In this document: one piece after another, positions 1-10,800 of the stretch
How positions within the stretch are numbered: position 1 is the stretch's first letter
Layout of the letters: the number at the start of each line of letters is the position of its first letter
DNA from: Spirogloea muscicola
Taxonomy: Eukaryota
NCBI GenBank assembly: GCA_009602725.1
Contig: WELB01000013.1
Location: forward strand, 321,378-345,600
Direction: 5' to 3'
DNA length: 24,223 nucleotides
The notes under the pieces: generated by a model
What the model was told of the DNA's origin: nothing
Database searches by the model: none
Seen by the model: the letters and a program-made list of their open reading frames with translations, nothing else
Position numbers and translations under genes: made by a program

Positions 1-1794
1 AAGAGGGGAATCCAGTACCCATGAGTATAGCCTCCTCAGTATAGCTCGTCAGATATGCATGTGCTCACTCGGGGTTATTAGTGTCCCCCTTGGCCAGCTC
101 ATTACCCAGTTAACAGGTCATTTGTAAGGCTAGGATTGGCCTCCCTTTCAATTTCATGCGCACCACGCGCCTTCTCTCATGAGTGAGATGTACGACCGAC
201 ACGACACGCTAACTTGGAGAGCTGGAGCACCGCTATGAAAGCCTTTGGCCGGGCTTGACTCAGAGCGTGCCCAGCATGCTGATGAATAGCCAGAGCTTGG
301 GAGCGCTGCAAAATAGCGAAAGCCGCATTCTGGGAAATGCGGATTTCACTAATTTAACTCCAAAGCTCTTGCTACTCATGAGCGAGCTGGGCGCGCCTTA
401 GTCTGGCCACTGGCCTCCATGGTGGTGCTCCGGCTCCCTAGTTTAGCTGATCGGATGAATATGTGCACACTCGTGAGCACTGAAATTTATTTTGAACCTG
501 CATTCACAGTATTACCTAGCCCCCCTTTGCATAGTGCTTCATTTCATGTAGCCCCTATTCTGCACTGGCTTTTGACTGAACAGCGTATTGCCTTCAATAG
601 GCCCCCGTTTCGTTTCATGGGCACCGCCCTCCTTTCTCTCAGAGTGCAACTAACGGCGGCGGAGTGCTGGTATGCACGAGCTGCGTCTAGGACGATGCGC
701 GTCAAATAGCTGGGCCAGATGCTGGAGAAATGACCAATTCTCATCGTAGCCGCCATGTCCACGGTGTCCATAGCGCACGGATAGAAGTAGTCTCCTCGGG
801 AGTAGTCCTTGTTATTAGACTTCTGGACGACTCGTTTGACATCATGTTGAGTCCTTTGCAGGCCCTCACTCGTCCTGAACTCTTTCCTTCTCCGGAAGCT
901 GTCAAGGAGCGCGAGAATCCTTGGCAAACAGCTGTTGCTTTTGACTTTCTGTAATCAACTCCTCAAAGCACGTTGCCCGCACCTAGAAGACGCACATTCT
1001 CGAGTGAAACTACATCTGATACAACGCCTCCTCTGAGCCCTGTGCTGCTGACATGTTTGCGGCAGCAGCTGCAGGCTGTATCCTAGCACCTCTGTGCCAG
1101 GTGCCCACGAGCTGCAGTACTGGGCCGTGGCAAGCGCAAGGGCGTCGATGTAAAATGTCGTCAATAAGTCGAGAAGAAGACAATTGCTGACATGCTAGCC
1201 TACGTAGTACACAATCCCAACGAAGTTGTTGGCCACTTTGACCAGGCTGACATGAAAGAGTCTGATAAGAAACCAACAGTAACAATTATTGTCAGTTGTC
1301 GAAGATCACAACACCGTCAATAAGTCAAGAACGTTTGAAATTTGACTATGTAGCATAAAAGCGTGCTTTAGGGTGCTTGGTAAACTGTCTCCAGAACCAG
1401 GAGTAGCGCAATGCCACTATCTACTGGATATAGTGTTCGCTAGCACTACGCGTGCGAGACCCCCAATCGGCGGCCGCCTATCTCTAAATGTCAATTTCTT
1501 CTCGGTACAAGCCAGCACCTTTTCTGTGTTCGTGAGTTTAGCAAGCAATGCAGCCAATGAATGCACGCAAGCAATCCATCTCGAGACGTGCACTCGAACA
1601 ACGAGCACAACACTCCAGGCGTAAAGACTTGCAAGAACAGTCCAAGGTTAAGATTGCTCACCGCACAGATAGAACGACTTCTCGCAGTTGCAGCGGGTCC
1701 GCGCAAAGCTCGCTATGCGTGCACGCCGTATGCGCCGGGCTCTACGCTCTCGCGGACGAGTGGACGCAGACGCGGGTGGGCGCAGGCGTGGCAG

Positions 1795-1800
<6 letters not shown>

Positions 1801-1825
<25 letters not shown>

Positions 1826-1826
1826 A
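1801..1826. repeat. (GA)13 microsatellite
   Basis: Perfect GA dinucleotide run seen directly; reads as a (TC)n pyrimidine patch on the minus strand. Confidence 0.95.
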
Positions 1827-1835
1827 TAGGGAGAA

Positions 1836-1974
1836 GAGAAGTGGTCCTCCACACTTAGCTTGAATCACCCCAGAGGTGGATGACCAAGCCTAGGAAGCCA
1901 CGGGCAGAGAGAAGTGGTCCTCCATCCTTGGCTTGAATCACACCCAAAGATGCATGAGTCAGCCTAGGAAGCCA
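1836..1974. repeat. Diverged direct duplication, two ~65-bp units
   Basis: GAGAAGTGGTCCTCCA..CTT(A/G)GCTTGAATCAC....AGCCTAGGAAGCCA at 1836-1900 and 1909-1974. Confidence 0.85.
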
Positions 1975-2474
1975 ATTGTCAAGCCAAGCCAGCTGTCCTA
2001 GTGAGATCGACACAAATAGGCCGTCGACTGAATATGGCACGACAAGAGGAGTCATTCACTCTCCTGTCCAATTTGATTGGGGGCCGATTGTGACTTCGCT
2101 TACATGCGAGGGCCAATGAGTTCCATGCGACTGCTGGTTGCATTACACGGTGAAGTGGGCACTCTCTCGCTTGCTTGGGCAGCAAGCGAGGCCCCTTCTC
2201 AACTCACAAGTCGTGCTAGGCGATCCTGTGCTGGCCCCTCACGGCTATGTCACCTTGACAGGTCCAAGTTCCCTCCTTCGTGTGTGGCCTCTACCAGCCA
2301 CCGCTGCCTTCAAAGCGTCCAGAACCATATCAGCGACTGATTCTGTGGTGGCACCTTCAATCTGTGCGAGAAGCTCAAGAGTTGGTGGCCCACAGCGGAG
2401 AGGGCTGCAGCGACAAGTGGTCCATACACCACTTATTGTGGAGCCCAGCCAGCCCAAAGGCGAGCACAAGAAGC

Positions 2475-2910
2475 TGCGGACCTCGTTCAGTCTTTTGTGG
2501 GCTGACTTTCCCAGCCCTTGTCCCCTTTGGAAGAGCTGCTCCTCTCCTCTTTCGGGCTGGCCCTTTGCAGCCCCTCGCCGCCTGCGGAGCCACACCCGTT
2601 TGGACGAGCTTTCTTCTTCAGACCTTGTCCATTCCTTTGGGCTGGCCTCTCCCAGCCACCAGTTGACCTGGCCGCGCTTGCCTTTCTTCTTGGAACGAGC
2701 TTTTCTAATGGAGGAGGTAGGGCTAGCACAGCGCACTATCACAGCTGCCGACTGCTGTCGTAGGCTGCCATTCCTCAGGGCTGGCCTCTCCCAGCCACCA
2801 GTTTATCTGGCCGCGCTTGCCTTTCTGCTTCGGACGAGCTTCTCGAGTGGGGGAGGTGGGGCTAGCACAGGCGCACTAAATCACAGCTGCCGACTGCTGT
2901 CGTAGGCTGG
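2475..2910. repeat. Cluster of a modular dispersed repeat (GGGCTG-loop-CAGCCC hairpin family), including a ~140-bp tandem duplication
   Basis: Hairpin cores at 2499-2517, 2554-2573, 2640-2657 and 2779-2796. Segments ~2630-2768 and ~2769-2908 are tandem copies (GGGCTGGCCTCTCCCAGCCACCAGTT..CTGGCCGCGCTTGCCTTTCT ... GGGCTAGCACAG..GCGCACTA..TCACAGCTGCCGACTGCTGTCGTAGGCTG). 2617-2681 recurs almost identically at 13438-13502. Confidence 0.85.
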
Positions 2911-3123
2911 TCGCCAGCTGGGGGCTTTCAGCAGCCGCCACGTCCTCCGCTTCAGAGCGATCAAGCCGTGTCGGCACACCGAAGCGCGCGCCTGGGCCTC
3001 CGACCCCCCCTCCCCGGCGCCGCCTCAGTCGTGTTACCAGCCCCTGCCCTGCCCCCTCTCCTCAGCAGCCCGCAGTCTCCCTGCTCTCTCCTGCACCACT
3101 GCTGCGAGCTGCAGCCCGAGCTC

Positions 3124-6100
3124 ATGGCCACCGCCGCCGCCGCCGCCGCCGNCGGCCGCCTGGCCGCCGCCGCCGCCGCCGCCGGCAGCACCGTCGCGGG
3201 CGTCAATGGCGAGGTGAAACGAGGGCTCTTACGCCGCCGCCATCGCCGAGCTCGCGTTTCGATCCCGGGTGTCCAGTCTCGCGCCCGCCGCTTCTCGGAG
3301 CAGCGCCACAGCGCCACAGCAGCGCCGCAGCAGCCATTGAATCCGGACTTCCGCCGTCTCTGGCGGCGCAGGTGGCGACGGCGGCGCAGATCCGGGAGGC
3401 CAAGGAGTTCCTCCAGCGCGACGCCGGCAACCTCTTCTCGGAGCAGGTGTGAGCCGGCAGCCTCCGTCGCTCGTGGGACGACGTCGCCGGCTTCAGGGCC
3501 AGGGTCTGGGCTCAGACGTTGATGGCTTAGAGCCACGGCTCTACGCCTAAACCCCCAATCCTTGAATTTTAAACCCTAAAACCTCAAACCCCAGAACCCT
3601 AAGTACACTCCAGTATCTGGGTGCTAAGGATCCGCACAATGCTACGCAAAGACTGGCAGTTCATGGCTGCCTTTGCGCAAGTGGCGCGACGGCTGCTGGA
3701 CTGGTCGCTGCTCGCCAGCGGCAGGGCTTGGAGACCTGTGCAGTGGCCGGTCGTGCTGAGAGCTCCTTGGCTGCCCACCTCGAGGGCTTGCTTGCGGCTG
3801 CTGGCAACTCAGGCCGCCGCAGCTGGCCGCGCTGCGCGGGGGCGCAGGGCATCGACCGCAGCAAGTACGAGGACGTGATGCACTTCATGGACCCCATCAC
3901 CAAGTACGACACGCTGTCCGGCTACCTCCTCAACATCGCCATGCTGCGCCTGCTCTTCCACCCCGTCTACGACCTTCACGGCGTCACGCAGGTTTTCTGC
4001 AGCTGCTGCAGCCTACCCCTTGTAGTGCGTAGCGCATTGCATGCACTACGAGACCTCCCTTGATGAAGCTGCAAAGCTCCCAGGTCTTGCCGCACTTTAT
4101 TAGCACCACAGAGGCCAGCTGCACAGTCTGCCATGGCCTCCATAGTATAGTGGCGAGCTCCCAATGCCTGCATCATGTGGTGGGCTGGGATGCAGACTGC
4201 TCAAGCAGCCAAGCTTTGTTTGTCAAGCGACTGAGTCAAGGCTTCCACTTGACTCTGAAGCCACCTGAAAGCTGCATCCTTGCCACCACTTTGCAAGATG
4301 GGCGCTGACGCGGCGTGTGCGCCCTCCGCAGACCGGGCCTAACGAGCTGACGACGCGGTGGACGATGACCATGGACTTTTGGCTCATTCCCTGGCGCCCG
4401 CAGCTTGTCTTCACGGGCACGTCTATCATGGCCCTCAATCCCGCTACCTCCAAATTCAATTCCCACATTGTGAGCCCCCGAGCTGCACCAGGAGGTTGCA
4501 TGCTGCAGCCGACTGCCAGCCCTTAGTCAAAGACCCTTTGCATCCAGGACACACCCAATTGTTGAATCTATATTCCTCCATGACCCCGTCGCTAAGTCAC
4601 ATAGACTGCTTGCTGACCTCTCGCTCGCCCCCCTGGTGCAACATGTTGGGTCATAACCTCAAGTCAGGCTTTTGTAGAACCTCACTGTCGACTATTAAAA
4701 CTGCATCTCCTATTTGTACCTGCTTATGCTGCTCCTGCCAGTGCCCAGCAACAAAAGTGCAGTGCATCTCCTCCCATGCCATGGCCGACAATAACACAAT
4801 CATGCGAAGGCCAGAGGAGTCTTCGGCTGTTGCCAGTTGTCTCGTTGGTCGAGTAGTACAACTGAGAGAGGTGTGTTGGTGACTTTTGGTCACAAGCCTA
4901 AGCAGGCATAGGAGTATATTCATCTGGAAACGTTTGCTCCTGGGCACACATGCAGGACACGTGGGATTCTATTCATGACCAGGAGTGGTTCTCGAAGCAG
5001 GGGTTCATGGACCTCCTTGCCCAGGTGCCAGAAGGGTTGCCTTTGTCTTACTTACTTGAACATTTATTTTGTTGCAAGAAGCCCAAGTGCTGCATCATGT
5101 TCCTCGCAGGTCAACGACCTGCATGATCAAAGCCAAGAATGGTAGCAGCCGCCTTGGACTCCCTGTTCTCCAGTCAATCACAAACATGTGCTCAATCTTG
5201 CCCACTCATCTTGCTTTGTCGCTTGTAGTTGCTCTCCAGGCCTCACAGCTGAGCTTCGGCAGGAAGCCGTCCACGCATCGCGTCCTCAAGCGGCTGGCTA
5301 CTTATGAGGTATAATACATCCTATGTGGTATACGTGCTGCTGCAGCTTTTTCAAGTCAAGAAGCCCGTCTAGGGAAAGTGGAGAAGCGCTTCTGAAAGTC
5401 CCATTCATTGTTGAGCAACCAGATGTAGTAGGTACAACGCTGTATTGTATTTGGCATGTACTCTGCCACAAAGTCTACATTGACATGTGTTTGAGCTCAT
5501 ACCTTCAACAGGTACACAAGTTTGATCCACTGGGAGCCTCGCACTTCCAGCCGCGAAGCAGGTTACATTCAAGCCTCAAATCTGGCGCAATATCGTTTTC
5601 AAACATTGTGCCTGTTGTGCAATCCGTTGGCAAATGTCAGCAATTGACTACCTTCGCTAGTCCAAGATGAGCAGCGCAGGTCAGAATTTTGTATCAGTGA
5701 GCTACCAATATTGAGTACTCGTTCTGCTGGGTCCTCTGCCTGCAGCTCTCAGCTGGTGGCAATGCTGAGTGTTGCGATTTGTCGTGCTTTCAGTGAGGTG
5801 GCAGATAAATGGTTGAGGTCAGGAGGCGAAGCGGCTGTGAGGAAAATTCGTGGGGGCTCCCTGGGCAATGCCAGGTTGGCGGGAGAGGAGCAGGACCTCC
5901 GGCAGACATTGGTCTCAGACGGCCTGGTGGCCCGAGAGGGCAGCTTCATTTCCGTGCCTGACCCCAGCTTCGTGCCGCCCTTCCTCAAAGTACGCTTTCA
6001 ACTACAGAGCATCGGCTTCCATGGCCTTAGCACTTTTCTTAATTGCTGTGCTACGACCTGCGCTGGCTACCCCAGATTGGGCTGCATCTGCCAGCTGCTC

Positions 6101-6306
6101 ATACTGGAGGCAAGGGCAGGGTTGGCTGGCGCCAATCTGTGATAGCAAGTTGCGTTGCTCCACATTTCTCTCTCTGCTTTAGCAAAGGGCGTTTGGGGTT
6201 TATATCTGAGAATGCAATGAGGAGCCCTGAAGGTTTCTGTCCACCACCTATGCAGACCACGGAGCTCCTCATTTGGTTGGACGATTTTGAGCTTTTGCAA
6301 AAGTGA
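3124..6306 (+). CDS. SOUL heme-binding family protein with N-terminal DUF2358/SnoaL-like domain (HBP5/At5g20140-like), probably plastid-targeted; spliced, ~9 exons
   Basis: Exons: 3124-3213, 3372-3446 (VATAAQIREAKEFLQRDAGNLFSEQ), 3848-3991 (GIDRSKYEDVMHFMDPITKYDTLSGYLLNIAMLRLLFHP..), 4332-4469 (TGPNELTTRWTMTMDFWLIPWRPQLVFTGTSIMALNP..), 4956-5024 (DTWDSIHDQEWFSKQG..), 5240-5308 (..HRVLKRLATYE), 5512-5561 (less sure), 5794-5989 (GGEAAVRK..EQDLRQTLVSDGL), 6256-6306 (TTELLIWLDDFELLQK*). All introns are GT-AG and in phase. Motifs match recalled plant HBP5 (QGID..Y...V.F.DPITK.D...GYL.NI; TTRWTM....LPW.P.LVFTG.SIM..NP; E..IWL.DF). Exon 1 is Ala-rich and transit-peptide-like, and contains an N at 3152. 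Confidence 0.88.
3132..3183 (+). repeat. (GCC)n trinucleotide tracts encoding poly-Ala, interrupted by an N
   Basis: Two GCC runs flank the ambiguous base at 3152 within exon 1 of the SOUL gene. Confidence 0.9.
3545..3602 (+). repeat. Degenerate interstitial telomere-like (CCCTAAA-type) tract with a perfect telo-box AAACCCTA at 3571-3578
   Basis: GCCTAAA..TTTTAAACCCTAAAACCTCAAACCCCAGAACCCTAA inside intron 2 of the SOUL gene; an A/C-rich island in otherwise very GC-rich DNA. Confidence 0.6.
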
Positions 6307-7849
6307 GGAAGAGAAGAGGAAGTCACAGATGGAGGCGAAGTAGTGCATACCTGCCCTGCATGGCTACTCCACTACTCCACCGAAGGCAAAGCGAAACCCC
6401 CGGCTTCAGAAGCTGTTGCCGAGCTCTTTACTTTAGAAAAGGGTTTGCAGGGTAATCTTGAGGCCTTCCTGCCCCCCGTGCCAGCTAGATTACTGATCAG
6501 CTTTGTCCCATTTGGCGGCTGAAAGGCTGCCCAATCCCTTGCACAGATATGGAAGTAAGGGACAAGCACTTGAATGTCTAGAATTCAGAACGTTTAGAAA
6601 TCAACTCTCTTGGAGCGCCACAGACAAACTTTGACGCTGCCATAGCCAGCCCAGCCAGACCCGTCAACAGTGGACCAGGAAAACAGTAAGTATACTAGTG
6701 TGAATTGGTGGTGTACCACTGTGGTAGTGTACCATACCATAAGCGGTACAATATATAAGCCTTATAAGCTCCCTGATCGCAAATGCGAGTTGCTCAAGCA
6801 ACCACAGTGGCACATGCCCCCCGGGAGATCGGGGACAGGCTGACAAATAATAGCAATATACAGCGCGACGCCTCAATGGGAGGCATTCGGGACCAAAATA
6901 AGGGGAGGAGAGAGTACTACTACCTGCACTCAGCACACAATGCAAGAATGCATTGGCAGGCGCGAAGATGCAATGCAGCGCACAAGTGCACGCTCGCATC
7001 TTGCTGGACGCCTGTCCATAGAGGAGCGCTGACACTGTAGAGCAGCCCTGAAACCTGGATGGGGCTCCCACTTTAGGGGAGCCAGAGAAGGGCGTCCCTG
7101 GGGACGTCTCAGATTCAGAGGCAGATATAGGAGAAGCTCATCGCAGGTGGACAGCCCCGAACTGTATCGCTACTGCGCCACTTGATCAGAGGCATCTGCA
7201 CCAAGCACCCTGCATAGCTACCCCGTCCGCCGAGCTCAGGCCCAACGCTCACATTGTGGGCCAAGAGGTCCACAGTGACAAGCCGAGAGCTTGCAGGCCA
7301 CAGCATGGCCTGGCGCCCCACTCACACCTCAGCCTCACACCTCTGATTCCACCAAGAGGAAAGCGCGGGGGGATAGGCTGCTGACAGCATCCTGAGCTGC
7401 TGTGTATGACCTTCCAAGCATTATCCATCCAGGCCTGCTCTGGCCTATGACGGCATCTCAGATTGCATGTTGAGGCCTCCAACAGGAATGTCGGCAACCG
7501 CAGAGGCCCAGTCGCTGCTACAGTGTCTGTGCAGCATTGTCAAGTGCTGGGCGCTTGTTGTACTGTCCTTGAGGCTCCTCTGATCAGGCTGGCTCTCGCC
7601 TCTGACCAGCCTTGGCGACAAAAGGAGCTTCCCTCCTCTGCAGATTCACAGCAACTTTTAAGGTTGTTACATTGCCAAAAGAATTGCGCCCACAGACATT
7701 GCTTGTCCAAGTGCTTGTTACCAACTATACAGTGCCAGCTTCTTGCAGGATCTGAATTATTAGTTGTGCTACTGACAAGCTCACAAGAGGTCCTCCACTC
7801 ATTGCCTGGTGATGGATTTGCCGAGGCAATACGGGCGTCTTGTGCAGAT

Positions 7850-10800
7850 TCAGTGACAAACCCTGCAACAGGAAGAAAATTTGAGAGCTAACCTGTGTAC
7901 TTGTCCACCAGCTTTGGTCGTTGTCTCGGCACCCTCCTCATCCACAGCAACCACGGTCTCCCTCATCGGCGCCTCAAGCACCACCTCTAAAGCGCCGTTT
8001 GTCGGAGTATGGCAGGTGGGCTCTTCACCAGCTGCATGTCCCCCGCTAACCGCAAGCTGCGGCAATGTGGAGCTCTCACTAGTGGAAAGATTATTGTGGC
8101 TTGGGAACCCTCGCAGACTTCCTCCAGAGCCCTTATGCCTTCCGTCCAGGGTATGAATTGATCTGTTCGTACTGCCACCAGTTCCAAACGTAGGGGTGAT
8201 GGGGAGTTGGAACCAAAAAGTGCTCCCTCCACCCGGTGTGCTGATCACGCCACACGAGCCTCCCTGCAATCAAGGAAAGTCCCTTTTGAGACAAAATGTC
8301 TTTTCCTCTTCATCTAGGCCATAAGTCAAAAGCTAGCATAATAAAGCAGGTCTTTCACGCAGAAGGTCTAAAATGACATTGTGCAATATCAACCTTGATA
8401 GAAGGTTCTACAAGGATACGCACCATCAACTCTACCAGCAGTTTGGCAATGGAGAGGCCCAAGCCTGTGCCTCCCCTCAGATTGCTCTTGTCAGGCGTCC
8501 CAAAGAAAGGCATGAAGACCTTTGCCTTGGCCTCCTCAGTCAACCCATCTCCTGTGTCAATGACGTCAAACCTCACACTGCTGGGCACCGCCACAGAAGC
8601 AACAAGTTCAACTGAGCCCGCTTTGGTGAACTTGAGAGCGTTGCCAATGAAGTTGACAAGAACCTGTACAAGATGCACAGCACACAAGCACACACGCAAC
8701 ACAAGATAAACTCACTGTCAGTCCATGCCTTGCACTTCCCAAGCTAAGCTGAGAGGCTGATGAGAGACACACAGCAGAAACACCAAATAAGCTAGGTGCA
8801 CATTTGATCATCAAGAAATGGGACTCCGTCTCATGTACTTCTTAAGATAACCTCAACTAGGTGAGGTTGTAGTTTCTGACTACACCTGCTGGAGGCGGTG
8901 CTTGTCACATGTAAAGTCAAGATCCTCAGTTCCTGAATTCAGGGTGTATGTCAGAGACACATGTTCCTTAGCTTTGACAGTCTCTATTGCTCTCTTCAAA
9001 ATTGGACCAAGTCGAGTGGTCGTCAAGACGACTCTTAGCTTTCCTCCCTCCAGCTTGCGGAGGTCAGACACATCCTCAACCACCTGACATGCCCAGACAT
9101 GGTTGAGAAGATGGCCTTGTAAAAATTACAATGTTGCTGTTGCTGTAATCTCGTGTACATCAGGTACCAGAATGCCAAACATGTCTGTGCATCCTTACAG
9201 GGTGGCTGTGCGATTACCTGCCAGATGCACGTATGGCAGACCCATAGCACCCATGACAAGACAAGCCGACCAGCAAATGCCAAACAGACAAAGAAGCAGA
9301 AAGGACCAAGGACTGCTCTAAACATGCCCACTTGTCAAAGTTCCTCAGTGAGTTGCACACCGTATTCATTACTCGACAACTCTCCTGAGCCTCCTTCAAT
9401 ATTTCAGAAACTGCTTTACAGGTTGCATAGACCTCCACCAATGGCGGCTGACTCCCATACTTTTCCTTGAGCAAAGAGCCAGCTTTCTTCAACCTCCTCA
9501 TCATGGAGCTGAGGGGCTCCTGCAACTCATGGCTTACGTAACTTATTACCAGCAGTGATACTTCTCTTGCCGTGGCTTCCGCTCTGCCACAAGAGTGGAA
9601 GTACAGTCAACGGCTTTGAATACAGAGTTGACACCTCAAGCATTCTACCAGAGCATGCACATTATTTGGCAGCCTGCATACTTGAGAGTGTATAGGCCAG
9701 AAAAACTGCCTCACTTGCATCCAAAGTTTCCTGACTGATCTCCAACAGATATCAGTGTGATGCATACTTAGTACTGCAGGCTCAGGTGATTGAGATGTTG
9801 CAAGCCTTTGACCAGCGACTTCTAAGCTTAGGACTACTTTCTCAGACAAGAGTAAGATGGACTCACGCTAAGCTGGCTCGAAGAAGATCAAAACGCTCTT
9901 CCACAAGGGTTAGCATAGATGCAAGTATTGGCCTGCCATGTAATGAGGAGTCAATGGTCAAGCTTCTGGACTAGGGAAACCGCTGAAAAGCTCCACCTGC
10001 AGGGTCTGAAAGTGCCAGGAAGCAGCTCACTTACCTGATGACAGCAAGGCCTTCTATGATTATTGTGACAATGATGATAGACGTAGTAACCCAGGTAATA
10101 ATTAGGAGGGTGTGCAGATGATCCTTTCCGCGACTTGCATACACTCCGACAAGTATATCCATCTCGTGCAGGAAGGTTACTTCAGAGAGAAGTATGTTGT
10201 TGACTTGTGCCGATATAGCAGCACTGCCACATTCCAATAACACAAGGCCAAGTATTGATCACGGCAGGAGCAAATGCAAGACAAGTTCTGGTGACAACAA
10301 GGAGCCTGACACGTCAAGACCGAAATCTAGGACTGAGGTTCCAGAAACCAGCTGAAGCAAAGGCTGGAAAGGTGGATCGAAGTGACCACCACATCAAAGC
10401 ACCTGGCAGGTGCTTAAAAGGATTGCTGAGATGTCCTTACAAAGGTACCTCACGGAACACACATAATACCTGGATATATTTTTCCGCTCAGCTGCAAGCA
10501 CGGTGAGGATGGACATTGCTGAAGTCACAAGCTCGTCAAACAGGGGCTGGAGATCTGCAGGAAACAAGGCCCTCAACGTTGAGCCCTGTGTCGGTAATGT
10601 GCAGGCAAATCACTGGAAGCGCCAGCATTGTGTCTTCATGAGCTCCATAGGACTTATGCAAGCTTCAGAATGCACTTCTATCCTCCCTACTTACCTTCTC
10701 ATAATACCTTCCACAACGGGCATCATTTGCACACAGGAATAAACCTCATGACTCGGTTCAGTGCAAGATATTAGAAAGAGTTCACATCAATAATGACTTG

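Noticed and set aside
13..26. 14-bp exact match CAGTACCCATGAGT to 14523-14536, considered as element termini
   Set aside because: About one or two such 14-mer matches are expected by chance in 24 kb, and the flanks do not align.
2138..2905. 255-aa ORF on + and overlapping minus ORFs
   Set aside because: They run through the tandem/dispersed repeat cluster (the peptide SDLVHSFGLASPSHQL recurs in the ORF at 13160-13558), show no recognisable domain, and are most likely open by chance.
2630..2910. Hairpin-containing repeats as a CRISPR-like array
   Set aside because: Eukaryotic context; the intervening sequence is itself duplicated rather than forming unique spacers, and spacing and orientation are irregular.
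6600..7850. ORFs on both strands as a separate gene, transposon or receiver domain
   Set aside because: No RT, integrase, transposase or REC motifs, and no consistent exon chain could be built.
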